64,000 bases of DNA. Origin: Eledone cirrhosa. Taxonomy: Eukaryota. The translations under genes and the position numbers were made by a program. Shown one piece after another: positions 14,353-26,459 of this stretch. The number at the start of each line of letters is the position of its first letter. Position 1 is the first letter of the stretch. The stretch covers positions 299,646,001-299,710,000 of the forward strand of contig OZ024741.1 in assembly GCA_964016885.1 (NCBI GenBank). Reading direction: 5' to 3'. The notes beneath the pieces are model-generated. The model had not been told where the DNA came from. It saw only the letters and a program-made list of their open reading frames with translations, and did not search any database.

Positions 14353-14632
14353 GTTCCTCATCATTTTTCAGGAATGAAACAGTTCGAGTCATGTAGAAGC
14401 TTTTCCATATTAAACGTTTATACTCTGGTATGTATTGAGTACCTTACTTACTATAATTACCCCGATTGAATCCGGAATAACTTATATATATATATATATA
14501 TATGTAGGAGGTGAGTTTTATTGTAGTACAATAAAGCAATGCAGATATCGGATAAGTAGCACTCTACAGTTTGTAGGAATGGAGTTTAAATAATGATATA
14601 TAAGATCAAAAGATGGTTAAAAGAGTTCCATG

Positions 14633-14703
14633 TATTTTATTATGCGCATTTCAAAAACAAATATCATCATGCAATAACATTTGCGTTTTCGTCAGATAAA
14701 ATA
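14633..14703 (-). ncRNA. Type I hammerhead ribozyme
   Basis: Exact inverted copy of 14825-14895. Confidence 0.8.
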
Positions 14704-14824
14704 GGGAGACATGATATGAAGGTTAAAACACACTTGTGAATATTGCAATTTTAAATCAACATATCATGTTCATTTAAAACTGCACTATTCACAAGTGTGT
14801 TTTAACCTTCATATCATGTCTCCC

Positions 14825-14895
14825 TATTTTATCTGACGAAAACGCAAATGTTATTGCATGATGATATTTGTTTTTGAAATGCGCATAATAAAATA
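14825..14895 (+). ncRNA. Type I hammerhead ribozyme with palindromic stem III
   Basis: tattttat-CTGACGA-aaacgcaaatgttatt...gatgatatttgttttt-GAAA-tgcgca-TA-ataaaata; 8-bp stem I, ATGCGCAT palindrome, predicted cut after 14887. Confidence 0.8.
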
Positions 14896-15280
14896 CATGG
14901 AACTCTTTTAACCATCTTTTGATCTTATATATTATTATATATATATATATACATACAGCAAGGGTAAGCATATAACATTAGCAATGTTTGGAAGAAATAA
15001 CAGGTACCTTTAAAGCGAAAGATACAATAAAATGTAAACACGGAGCATATCTAAACAAAGAAAAGTCAAGCATAAAAATAATCCGAAATACGCCGAAGTC
15101 TATCCCTCTAGGGCAAGATACAACCTTATTCAACATATTTCTTTGCACACACACACACACGCACACGTACACACACTTCACACACACACGCGCACACACA
15201 CACACACACACATACACACACACACACATATATATACAATGATATTAAATACATGGAAACTATATTTATAAAACCATATT

Positions 15281-15344
15281 TATTTTATTATATATATTTC
15301 TATGGTACCAAGACAACATAGGTACGCTTTCATCGGATAAAATA
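15281..15344 (-). ncRNA. Hammerhead motif, C4 variant
   Basis: tattttat-CCGATGA-aagc-gtacc...ggtac-cata-GAAA-tatata-TA-ataaaata; same stem I as the 14825 and 46287 motifs. Confidence 0.55.
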
Positions 15345-15464
15345 CAAATTTTGTTTTATAAATAGAGACATACCCATGAAAATAATACCTTATCGTTTGG
15401 AAATTCACTGGATAGTGGAAATATATTAGGGATTATTCAAACTTATGTGTGAATATATATATAT

Positions 15465-15581
15465 ATTATAAGAACAGATTAAAGTTTAAACAACGAATCG
15501 CTGCTTTCACCCTTAAAGGAATCTCCTGAAACTAAGTGTAAAAGCAGTGATTTTTGCTTAAACTTTGATCTGTTCTTATAA
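15465..15581. repeat. Short fold-back copy of the module found inside both Helitrons
   Basis: TTATAAGAACAGATTAAAGTTTAA...TTAAACTTTGATCTGTTCTTATAA; matches 37290-37355 and 39716-39780. Confidence 0.75.
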
Positions 15582-15796
15582 TAGATATTTGCTCTACGTT
15601 TTTACACACACACATACACATACACACACATATATAAATATATATATATATGGAAAGAATGAAACGAATTTCATTTCTCACTCTTAGTACGGCTGATACC
15701 TAAATATAAGTATGTATACGTACATACATATTAGGCATTTTGAAATGAATTCTTGGCACGATCGTTTTGGAAAATTTAATGTCTAGATATGGGCGA

Positions 15797-15884
15797 GCTT
15801 CCTGAAGAATCAGGCACTCGAGTTTATATAATTATTACATAATTATTGTAAAACTCAAAACACGGACAAAACCACGGTAGAGGT
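15797..15884 (+). ncRNA. Hammerhead motif, decayed (GAAA changed to AAAA)
   Basis: gcttc-CTGAAGA...AAAA-ccacgg-TA-gaggt. Confidence 0.5.
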
Positions 15885-16453
15885 ATTTAAATGTATTCTA
15901 TTTTCTCCTAGTTTATTTTAAACCTAATTCCGCTTAGTTGACTGTATCTATGCGATTACGCTGTCGAAATATTCGATAAATATTCCACTACGGCCGACGC
16001 GAAGCGCTAGTTTTGGTTATTTGTTGGAGATTCCTTCATAGAAGCCTCATTCGTATAGCCTGGTCTATTCGATTTTTATATAGTTAATTATGCTAATTGG
16101 GAGAGGAAATAGTATATATTTTATCTTGTGATTCTATAGACATGTTTTATGATATATAGCTCTGATTGTTTAATTTATTAATTTTTCATTGAGCCAAAAA
16201 GTGGCCAGTTGCAAAACACGCATATGTATGTGTATGTATATATATATGTAAACTTTTATATGTAATAATCTTCCACTAGGTTGAGATACAAATTTGGCTG
16301 TATGGTGCTGTGCTTTCTAGCAAAATGCCACCAGTCGTAAGCAACTACCACACCCCTTCCAACTTGACCGCGACTACGTCACGATTTTTAGCCATTTTGA
16401 AATGAATTCTTGGCGCGATTGTTTTGGAAAATTTAATGTCTAGATATGAGCGA

Positions 16454-16541
16454 GCTACCTGAAGAATCCGGCGCTCGAGTTTATATAATTATTACATAAT
16501 TATTGGAAAATTCAAAACACGGACGAAACCATGGTAGAGGT
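16454..16541 (+). ncRNA. Type I hammerhead ribozyme
   Basis: gctac-CTGAAGA-a-tccg...cgga-c-GAAA-ccatgg-TA-gaggt; ACCATGGT palindrome, GUA site, one mismatch in stem I. Confidence 0.7.
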
Positions 16542-16951
16542 TTTTAAATGTATTCTATTTTCTCCTAGTTTATTTTAAACCTAATTCCGCTTAGTTGACT
16601 GTATCTAGGCGATTACGCTGTCGAAATATTCGATAAATATTCCACTACGGCCGACACGAAGCGCTAGTTTTGGTTATTTGTTGGAGATTCCTTCATAGAA
16701 GCCTCATTCGTATAGCCTGGTCTATTCGATTTTTTATATAGTTAATTATGCTAATTGGGAGAGGAAATAGTATATATTTTATCTTGTGATTCTATAGACA
16801 TGTTTTATGATTGTTTAATTTATTAATTTTTCATTGAGCCAAAAAGTGGCCAGTTGCAAAACACGTATATGTATGTGTATGTATATATATATGTAAACTT
16901 TTATATAAATATATATGTATACATATATATTTATATACACAAACACACACA

Positions 16952-16996
<45 letters not shown>

Positions 16997-17092
16997 ATAT
17001 ATATATATATATGTATATACACACACAGACACACATATATATATATATAACATTAGAATTGGTGCTCTGAAATAGCGATATATATATTAACG

Positions 17093-17535
17093 TATATATA
17101 GTGTATTTTGCAATACACTGTATGCTTAATTAAAAGCATTTTTAAGACTTTGCGCTATTGTTTTAAAGTAGTGACTATGTCACTTACTTCTTTTTTCAGC
17201 AAACAAAGGGAGATAAGCTGACATATCTCTGTTTCGTCCTGTTGGTATTCCTCAGAGCTTATCATTCCCTTTTTCTGCTGAAAATTATGAATGTTGGATT
17301 CTTATAGAATTCCAGTAATAATCAGGAACTGATTATACAGAGCGGTTGCCGGTCCAGCAAAAATTGAAAATTAGAATTGGTGCTCTGAAATAGCAGTACG
17401 AAACAGAGATCCGTCACCTTATCTCCCTCCGTTTGCTGAAAACAGAAGGACGTCACTACTTTAAACCAATAGCGTAAGGTCTTCAAAATGCTTTTAATTA
17501 TGCATACAGTGTATTGCAAAATACACACTATATAT
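17093..17535. repeat. Imperfect inverted repeat (17093-17263 vs 17379-17535) between (TA)n tracts
   Basis: GTGTATTTTGCAATACACTGTATGC... vs ...GCATACAGTGTATTGCAAAATACAC. Confidence 0.85.
17212..17263 (-). ncRNA. Type I hammerhead ribozyme
   Basis: gataagct-CTGAGGA-ataccaacaggac-GAAA-ca(gagata)tg-TC-agcttatc; perfect 8-bp stem I and GUC site; decayed partner at 17379-17423 (+). Confidence 0.75.
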
Positions 17536-19899
17536 ATATATATATATATATGGATACAATCTCACACATAAATTAACGAAGGCATACGCTCACAAACCCA
17601 CATGTTACTAATAAAGTGTAAACATGTCCGTTCTAGTTTCTCTTTCCGACTATTTTACATTTGTATTTTCTTCCCAATCAATTCCTAATCATTATGTTAG
17701 TAGATCCTTTTATCTTTGTTCTCATTATCATCTTTTGTTTCTTGTATTTCCATCATTACATTTTACTATTCTGATACTATTTCAATATATGTATATATCC
17801 CACTCGGTATCTTTTTAATTCCGGTAATTTTCTATCTTTGCATTGTAGTCCTCCAAACAAGCAACCAGCCAACCAATCATCTTTCTCTTCCTGTATCCCT
17901 CTCTCCCTCTCTCTCTCGTCCTCTCTCTCTTTCTATCTCTTTATCTCTCTCTCTCCCTTTCTTTCTCAATATCTATTTTCTCACACTATCTATAAATCTG
18001 CCTGTCTATCTTTCATCCTGTCGGTCTCGATGTCTGTTTATCTCTCTATTCATGTATCCAACTATCTCTCCCTCTCTATGTATCTACCTCTCTACCCATA
18101 CATCTATGTATCTATATCTATGTATCTCTATATATTTATCTAACTATCTATCTATCCATATATCCATCCATCTATATATGTATCTATCTATATAGCTATC
18201 TGCCTATTTATCTATTTTTTATACAACTGTTTAAATGCCAGGGATAGAGATCGATAAAGTTGTTTACGTTTCTTTAATAAGACCACAATTGTGCTTATGT
18301 TTGGCCTTGAGACTTACTTGTTCGTTCTTTCAATGATATATATGCGCTATATATTCATTAAAAATACAGGTCAGCCCTATTAGAACGATGAGTGATGCTG
18401 TCGTATGAAAATAGTTGATTCCAATTATGTTTGAAATTGTCAACATTCTTTTAGTCTTGAATACCAAGTATTTCATTACTGAAACTGATAAACACAGTCA
18501 AAACAAACCCGAACGAAGTGAGAATCGATAATTGTCCATTAATATATTTTAGATAAACTATTTTCGGTAAAATGTAACGCGAAAAACAAGCAGAAATAAA
18601 CAGAAACATGAATATAAATTTGATATTTTCTGTGGATTAAGAAGTATTGATTTTTTCTTACATAAGCATACATCCTTAGATTCAGAAGGGATTTATGACG
18701 TCATCTAGTCATCTCTGTGGAGCTAATTTTATTTTTACGTGTGCCAAGTTTAGAAAACGCTATGGTTAAGGCGGTGGACTGAATTGTATCCAGTGTTGCT
18801 TTATATAGTTACAACTCTTTAAGTTCTACATTTTATATCCATCGGTATTGACTTTCATTTTTGGCATAATAAATGCCACTTTAATAACGTGGTTGTTTAA
18901 ATGCACTGTATCTTCTGCCAAAGCTTTTTGAGCTCATGTCAATATTGTGAACGACTGAACTGGTTGAACGTCGGGAGAAATGGCGCACGTTGATAAATTA
19001 CGATGATTAATGTGGAGGTTAACTTCAATTCAATGCTTTTTCACCTGTCAAAAACATATTTCCTCATAACAAACACGATGTGAGATCTTCTGCTACTGTT
19101 AGAAATCATATTTGTTTTCATATTAGGGCTGTCAGGTTTGGTGTAGAGCGTGCATAATGTTTTGTGTGGCACATCGCATATTTATGCTCCTTTAGCCTCT
19201 GAGTTCATAAGACGTTTCCAAATTCCGGTGTCTTTCAAATGGAGTACGAATCTAGCACTTTATTCAATATAATCGACTTTCCCTTATATTAAAGTTGTTC
19301 TTAAAGAATAAACTATTACTCATTCTCTGAGCCGGGAGGTGTTAGTGCTGCTGAGAACGGGCTTTATTGGCAAGAAGGCACGCGTGTTAGTAACATGAGG
19401 AAAGAGAAAGAGAAAGGATCTGTATGGCTGTGTATGTATGTATGGGAGAGAGAGAGATAGCGGGGGGGGGGGGCTGTATTGCCGTTCTTGCATTACATGT
19501 TAAGTATTAATTAGTTTTAAAAACATGAGCCGAAAGGCATAGTAAGAATGATACGAAGTTTGATAGAAGAAATCGTAATTTTGTAGTAACAGTAGAAGAA
19601 TCGGCGTGTTGCCTTTGAGATATGTCGAGAGAAGCGTGTAGATCAGACTCCACGAGGTCTACAAGGAAGAGTTCCAGGAGCAGATCGGTGTGCGAATAAG
19701 TAAAAGAGGCTCACTTAGACTAAAAGCAGAGGCGTGTGCTGCATGTAAAAACAGTGCCATAATTTATTGGAGCGAAACGTGTTATGAAATAGAGCTGAAG
19801 ATAAATCTGGTAATAAACAGTAATAAGAATGGCCCATTGGACGAGTGGAGTAGCGATGAGAGTGAGAGAAAGAGAGGGAGAGAGAAAGAAAGAAAGAAA

Positions 19900-20130
19900 G
19901 AGAGGAGATGAAAAGAAACATTTAATAGCAGAGGATGATAAGAATAGAGCCAGGGTTGAATGCTGAGAAGAGAAATGGAATAACATTTGCTTCATGTGTT
20001 GAGAAAAGAATAAAGTGATTGGGAGATAAGATTAATAGATATAAATGTGGAAGCATTGAGAGGAAAGGGGAGACCAAGAAAGTAGTGACTAACATCGATA
20101 GAGCCGGAAATAAAATGCATGGATTTGCAT
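19900..20130 (+). mobile_element. Possible highly decayed RTE-like LINE 3' remnant
   Basis: INVEALRGKGRPRK resembles the RTE C-terminal VEGxRxRGRPRKxW motif. Confidence 0.35.
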
Positions 20131-20921
20131 ACAATAAGGACGAAATGCAGAAGTTTTAGTAGAGAAAATCGCATTAAAATGCATGCCCTTGCTTTTATAG
20201 AAGCTTGGGAAATAATTTACAAAGGGACTTTGAGAATTTGGTCAATAAAAGTTGTATAAATTTTGACGTCTTTTTCAGGTAATATTAAAGAGCCGTGCTG
20301 AAATGTTGGCGTATGCCTTAATTTATATTCTTATAAATTTCAATATTCACCTCAGAATTGAAGCCTAGAATAGCGGATGATAATCAAATGCTGGAATTTG
20401 AGTGACTGCTTCCTTTTTGTGTTGGTGGCTGTACTGACTAGGGTTTTCCTTCCTGGGGCAAGAGCCTATATGAAATGGAATTGATGATGCAGCGGGCGTT
20501 TTTATTGGCAACGCGGTTGTTTTCGACAATTTATTTTTTGACGAATGCAGTTAAGATATACTACACAGCATGAATGAGGAGTTTTCCCCTCCCTTCCACC
20601 TTCCCCCATCAATTACTGACGTTTTCTTTCCCCACTTTGTTTTCTCTTTAATTATTTCATTCAGTCTCATTAAAACAATAATATTAAGCATAATTACATC
20701 CAACTACAGAAAACAAATTTGCAGAATAAAATTGTAATTCTATTAATATCTGCTCCAATAGTACAACAGAGTAATATGGTAGAATAATGAAATAAAAAGC
20801 TCTAGCATGTTTTATGTGTGAAAATTGTGATGAATATTTCAAGTCTTTAAAAATATAAAGTATCTAGAAGGGTGTTATACAAATTAAAATGTATTACTTG
20901 AAAAGAAATGAGCTGAGCATG

Positions 20922-20955
<34 letters not shown>

Positions 20956-20984
20956 AGAGAGAAACAGAGAGAGAGAGTGAGGAC

Positions 20985-21033
<49 letters not shown>

Positions 21034-21072
21034 GAGAGATGAAATGTAGAATTACCGAGGTGAATAACTATA

Positions 21073-21262
21073 ATAATTGTTTCTATTTGAGGCACAAGGC
21101 CAGCAATTAACCCAGTGCATTACTGGTGCTTTATTTTATCGACCCCGTAAGGATGAAAGGTAAAGTTAACCCCGGCGGGAGTGGAACTCAGATCGTAAAG
21201 GGGCGTAACTCTATGCTGCAAAGCATGGTGTCCGGCCTTCTACCGATACTGCCAATACACCG
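21073..21262 (-). mobile_element. SINE
   Basis: Full head, core and tail. Confidence 0.9.
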
Positions 21263-21669
21263 GGAATAACTATAATAATAGCAGATCGCAATGAATTGTA
21301 TTTCGAAAAATCGCGTAAATTACCCCTGAGACGGGAAAATGTAGACAGAAGCGACTTGTCGACTTTTTCCGTCAACGGCTGTACATCTCCCAATTTGTGC
21401 AACTATTGTCTATAATGATCGGTTATTATGATAGTTATTTTTAGAATTAGAAATTTAACATGTTCTGAAATTTAACATGTTCTGAATGATGTTTGAGTCA
21501 ATGTATCATATATAAATATAACCATAGGTGTAAAAGACAATCCGATTATATTACGAATTCTGTTAAATAGTCTTAAATTGGTGTAAAAGCCAAACTCACT
21601 ATCTTCAATTCCGTATTCTTGCCAACCTTTACAATTGTCATAGATCTTGGATAATGATCGAAAGATTAC

Positions 21670-21990
21670 GATCGCGAATAAGAGCAGCCGAAATGGTTTA
21701 CCCCCGAAGAGTCTTTGAAGTAACTTTACACAAAAGAGTGCGTAGCTCTGAGATCAAAGAGTCGCTGCAGATAGAGCCACCACTACTCTGAATTGAGAGA
21801 TCACATCTCTGGTACTATAGGCATGTGGTGAGAATGCCTCAGGATAGAATCAATGGATACATTTTACGGGGAAAATCAACTGGCAGGAAACCGAGTAACA
21901 TGGTCATGCTTGGGAATCCAGCCGGATTATTTGTAAACGCCTGATTCTGACTAGACCTGCTGGAAGGTGTGATTGGGGATTCTCTGAAGA
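21670..21990 (+). mobile_element. RTE-like LINE C-terminal remnant
   Basis: RIRAAEM...RVRSSEIKESLQIEPPLL*IERSHLWYYRHVVRMPQDRI...GRKP. Confidence 0.65.
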
Positions 21991-22002
21991 ATACGTGGGC
22001 AC

Positions 22003-22127
22003 AGAAGAAGAAGAAGAAGAAGAAGAAGAAGAAGAAGAAGAAGAAGAAGAAGAAGAAGAAGAAGAAGAAGAAGAAGAAGAAGAAGAAGAAGAAGAAGAAG
22101 AAGAAGAAGAAGAAGAAGAAGAAGAAG
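22003..22127. repeat. (GAA)n microsatellite
   Basis: Directly visible. Confidence 0.97.
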
Positions 22128-22581
22128 AGGTCGTACCAACCAACCGCCCTAGCCGCAGACTATTTATTTTAGACAAAAATCTTTGGATAGAAACTAAGAA
22201 TAACAAACTCCAGATCTTCCATTTGCATTACGCTAAACCCATGGCCTCTAAGTAGCTGATATATCGGAATCAGTAATTTCAGCGTGTATAAAATTCAAAA
22301 TCCTGATAATGAACTGAGTAAAAATGTCCAATTACCAATATTTTTTGTTGTTGCTGCTGCGTTACTATTTAGCCAATGAATGCACATTCTTCTGTTTCGA
22401 GGAGCAGTTTTCCAGCTCTTTGATAAACAAAAAAGTCAGTTAATGGAATTAACGTAAAAGTGGCGGAACATTTCACAGACACATTCAGTGTCAGCGTTAT
22501 ATATAGGCAAATAAGACCGTTACTCCTCCAACCAGTCTACTCACTTTCAATACCGTCTACATACATTAAATATATATATGC

Positions 22582-22613
<32 letters not shown>

Positions 22614-22621
22614 TATATATA

Positions 22622-22655
<34 letters not shown>

Positions 22656-23395
22656 GATATATATATATAATAGACATAATGATTAATTGATTAATTTAAT
22701 TTGACAATTCCATTGATTGGTTAATTATTTAAGTTTCTTTAATAACGGTCTGGATGAGTGCTTAATTCAGTTTGTGGATGGAATTTTTTCCATTGTTCAT
22801 AATTTTTTAATTGACCGCCATAAACCGGGGTTACCTCCCTTTTGAGTATCATGTGCTTCACCCCGGGTTTTGTGTTAGAACGAAATCCTGTTGAGAAAGT
22901 AAATTCCCCTGTTCGATCTTCCAAAGCCTAACTTGTATACACCACAAGCGGATTTTGTTGATTTCGGATTTACAGAAACCGCAATTAGATATTCAGTAAT
23001 TTCGAAGTGATGGTCCAGGTATGTTAATTATATAGATATTTGCATATATGTATGTATGTATGTATATATCTTATATGTATATATGTATGTTTGTGTGTGT
23101 GTGGGGGGGGGGGGGTATATATCCTTTTCTCACTAGTCAGTACTTTCGTTGCTACAGATCACGCGGCTGAATTAGCGGTCGCTATTTGCAATTTGCAAAG
23201 CACTTTAAACTGTATGTTATTACTCTGAGGTCTATTTCTCGTCGAGTGCTTGGCTGCACTGCTGAAGGCATTCGTTGGCTGAGCTGTTGATCGAACTTTG
23301 AATATGCTGTACTCTTGTATATATATATATTTTTTTTTTAGCCTTACTATATATATATCTATATATCTATATCTATCTATATCTCTCTCTCTCTC

Positions 23396-23429
<34 letters not shown>

Positions 23430-23484
23430 AATATAGAAAAGATGAATATAAAATGAAAGTGCTTTTATAAAGGAATTTATTAGG

Positions 23485-23580
23485 TATTGACATATGTTTC
23501 TGTAACAGGCGGAACACCTATGTATCGCTGCTTGCGTAATCATAGCAAATGTATAATCAGTTGTCACTTCTTCAGAGATA
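23485..23580 (-). ncRNA. Hammerhead ribozyme in the 3' UTR/pLTR of the 24-25 kb PLE
   Basis: tatct-CTGAAGA-a-gtgaca...tgttac-a-GAAA-catatg-TC-aata; ACATATGT palindrome; stem I short and bulged. Confidence 0.6.
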
Positions 23581-24059
23581 TTGGATAAATTGGAAAAATC
23601 AGAAAAATTAAAGTATTTATATTAGTTTTAAGAAAGGAAGTAGAGAAGGGATAGTATATGACAGATGGCAATTCAATTTGCTGGTAAACAAGTATATAGA
23701 GGTTTTTAATGAGAATACAATGAGTATATGGCTTATTTTATCTAAATTTTTGGGAGTGCCTATTTTAATCTATATTTGACCAATTGAACAATGGACAGGG
23801 CTGGGCGTTTGGTGTAGTAGTATTAATACAGATATAAAGTGTCAAGTAAGGAAGAGAGATTTTCACTGCTACTGTATACAATGCTGGTAGCCTGCTGGTA
23901 TATGCTTTAGGGAATTGAATTAAGAAATCTTATTTTATCTATAGCAATTTATATTAAATGGTAAAGGATAGAAGAATTGATAGAATTAAGACTATTAATA
24001 TGTATTTTGACAATCAAACGGAGATGGAGACAGGCGTTCAATCCTGGTAGCGTTTGTAA

Positions 24060-25386
24060 TATAAAAATGTAGATTTCAAGCGATGGTCACAGTATAATGA
24101 TCGTTCTATTCTGCTATTTAATAAAATATTTTTGTATTTCATAATACAAAATATTTCCATATTACACAATTTACAAAATTCCTGTCCTTGGAAATGCAGC
24201 GGCAAACACTCTTATTTCCCATTTTAGGTTAAATTGTTGGTTATTTTCGCGCAGCTGCCAAGCCTTGTCTGCGAGTGTTGTTACATAACGCTGGTTTTCA
24301 TGTTTTATCGAGTAACGATGTCTATAAAGGCGAGATTTGAAGGAGATAGCTGTAGACCCCACATAGTACCACTTCTGGCTACCTGATTCAATAATACATG
24401 TGTATATGATGTTGCGCTCAAGACACTGATTGTTCAACGGACACAAGCCTAGTTGGACACAGTTACAGTTATAATAGATGGGTTGATGAGGTTGCTTAAA
24501 CAGGACGGGATGCTGTTTGTTGTTTTGTGATGTTATAGCCGATGTTTTACGTGTATTGTTATGTGTTGGAAGGCCTTTATACATCCGTTTTGCGTTAAGC
24601 TTTTTTATATGTTGTTCAATATTAGGTGCGGTTGAATATGAAACTCGAATAGTGTTAGGGTTTAAGATTTTATTATATTTATGTGATGTTGGAAAATGTT
24701 TTTTAACTAATCGAAAGAATTGTGAGGGTAGATTGGTTTTAATAGAGTTGTTATAGACCGGGTTGTACCACATATACACTTTAAATCGCCTTCTGTTTGG
24801 TGGTGTGCGACTATTAGTGTGTCTATTGCGGTAGTGTATGTATGGTGGTGATTCTATGCTATTTCTACCTCTATGAGATTTATTTTGGGTGTGTTGGTGA
24901 TCGTCGACTATATACTCTATATTATCTAGGTGTCCAGCCTTCCTAAGTGCATCATCATAATATTCGGCATGTTCTTTGAAGGTTTGCTGGTTGGACGACA
25001 GGCGGGAGATTCTAAGGGAAATATTTCTAGGGATGGATTTAATTATAGAGGGTGGATGGTTAGAACCCGTATTTACATATTTAAGGGTCTCATTTAGTTT
25101 ATGGAACGGTTTAATCGTTTCTGTATTGAGATTCAAAGTAACATCAAGGAAATTAACCTCTTTGAGGTTATATTCAAACGTAATATTTAATCCTAGTTTC
25201 TTAAAAAGCTTTGTAATATGTTTCCTCATCCTTTCTAAATTCTGGTTATTCATATGCTTAACTAATAGGAGCGCATCGTCACGGTAGAGTCCACCGTGGA
25301 GATCCTTGAATTTTCCTTGTAGTCTATGGGTGATGTAAATTCACACAAGATCAGTTACTTCCGCCGAATCATTGGAACCCATAGTT
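24060..25386 (-). pseudogene. Penelope-like (Naiad-type) RT + GIY-YIG ORF, 5'-truncated and disrupted
   Basis: MGSNDSAEVTDLV, GGLYRDDALL, VNFLDVTL, SNHPP, WYNP, CNCVQLGLC (CxCx5C), IIY...YVGST, then CKLC...YCDH after a frameshift; one premature stop. Confidence 0.92.
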
Positions 25387-25703
25387 ATATATATATAATT
25401 CAAGAGGAGTGACATGGTTGGCTATACAATAAAGGCTCTATTCACATTGCTGACAATTGTTTCTTTGATCTTGTAGGTATATTTTAGTCTTACTATATGT
25501 ACATATATATATATATATATATATACTGTTAGGGAAGCAGAAAATTGCTTATTGTAATCCAGTTCGTGGTTAGGACAGCCAGTTTCATGGACGGTTTCAA
25601 CGTACGGTTAGGGGGAACTCCACAAGTTTGTAAGAATCACGTTCAATTTTGGAGTGTAAAGGGGACAACACAGGTAAGCATTAAAAAAAGGATTTTATCC
25701 AGG

Positions 25704-25804
25704 TATTTACGACCGTTTCATTGGTAAGTGCAACCTTATATTGCTATACTGCAAATAGCAGCCACTCAATAATAATTGTTGTACACGTCCACATTTTCAA
25801 AATA
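25704..25804 (-). ncRNA. Hammerhead motif, U3-A8 variant, in the 3' UTR of the 26-28 kb PLE
   Basis: tatt-TTGAAAA-tgtgg...ccaat-GAAA-cggtcg-TA-aatacc; shares the AATACCT 3' strand with the 23485 motif. Confidence 0.45.
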
Positions 25805-26459
25805 GTGAATAAGTTACTCTTAACAAGTTCTTAATATATAGAGAAAAACATTCTTTGGAATTGTATTTGCTAGTATAGAGAGGGAGGAAGAGTAATTAGA
25901 AAGTGGAGGGACAAAGGGAGTAGTATAGAGAGAGAGAAAGGGGGGAGAAGAATTAGGAAGTAGGGTGACAAACAGAGCTAGAGGGAGGGGTATAGGTGGA
26001 AGGAGTCTTTGATCAGTTTTGACATATGTAGACATGATATCGTCTATTTAGGGTGTAGTGAGTTAAAGATAATTAAATTGTTTATAGTGGGAGGGATGGA
26101 GAGAGAGAGAGAGAAAGAGAGAGAGAGAAAGAGAGAAAGAGGGGAGCGATAGAGAGATAAGTATTTATATGTATAAAAAATAAAATAATAAAATTAAAAT
26201 AAATAAATAAATAAATAAATAAAATTAAGAGGGGGAGGAGAAGAAAAGAATAGACATAAGAAATAAATAAAAAAAGGAGAGAGAAGGAAGGAAGAAAACA
26301 AAAAGAAATAGATAAAGAATGAAGGAGAATCGAGAAATATAGGTATTGGTTTTCGTGGGTAATTAAAGGGGTTGTATACAATAAGAGGGTAGAAAGTCTA
26401 AGTATATGCAGTTTGTCAGGTTGTAGTAAGAGGTTAAGGGTTCGATTTGCACTTGTAGT

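Larger units (their letters stand above)
14596..14932. repeat. Near-perfect fold-back (arms ~165 bp) carrying one HHR per arm
   Basis: 14596-14762 is the reverse complement of 14766-14932, with mismatches only near the centre. Confidence 0.95.
15736..16905 (+). repeat. Partial tandem duplication (period ~657 bp) with one HHR per unit
   Basis: 15736-16262 is closely similar to 16393-16905; flanked by TA/CA microsatellites. Confidence 0.9.

Noticed and set aside
24517-25287. Plus-strand ORFs over the PLE (likewise 28235, 51040, 57400, 61978 and 63295)
   Set aside because: They are antisense shadows of retroelement coding frames.
25341-25343. In-frame TGA in the PLE RT as selenocysteine
   Set aside because: It aligns to the Gly of DLVG (GGA to TGA), not to Cys.
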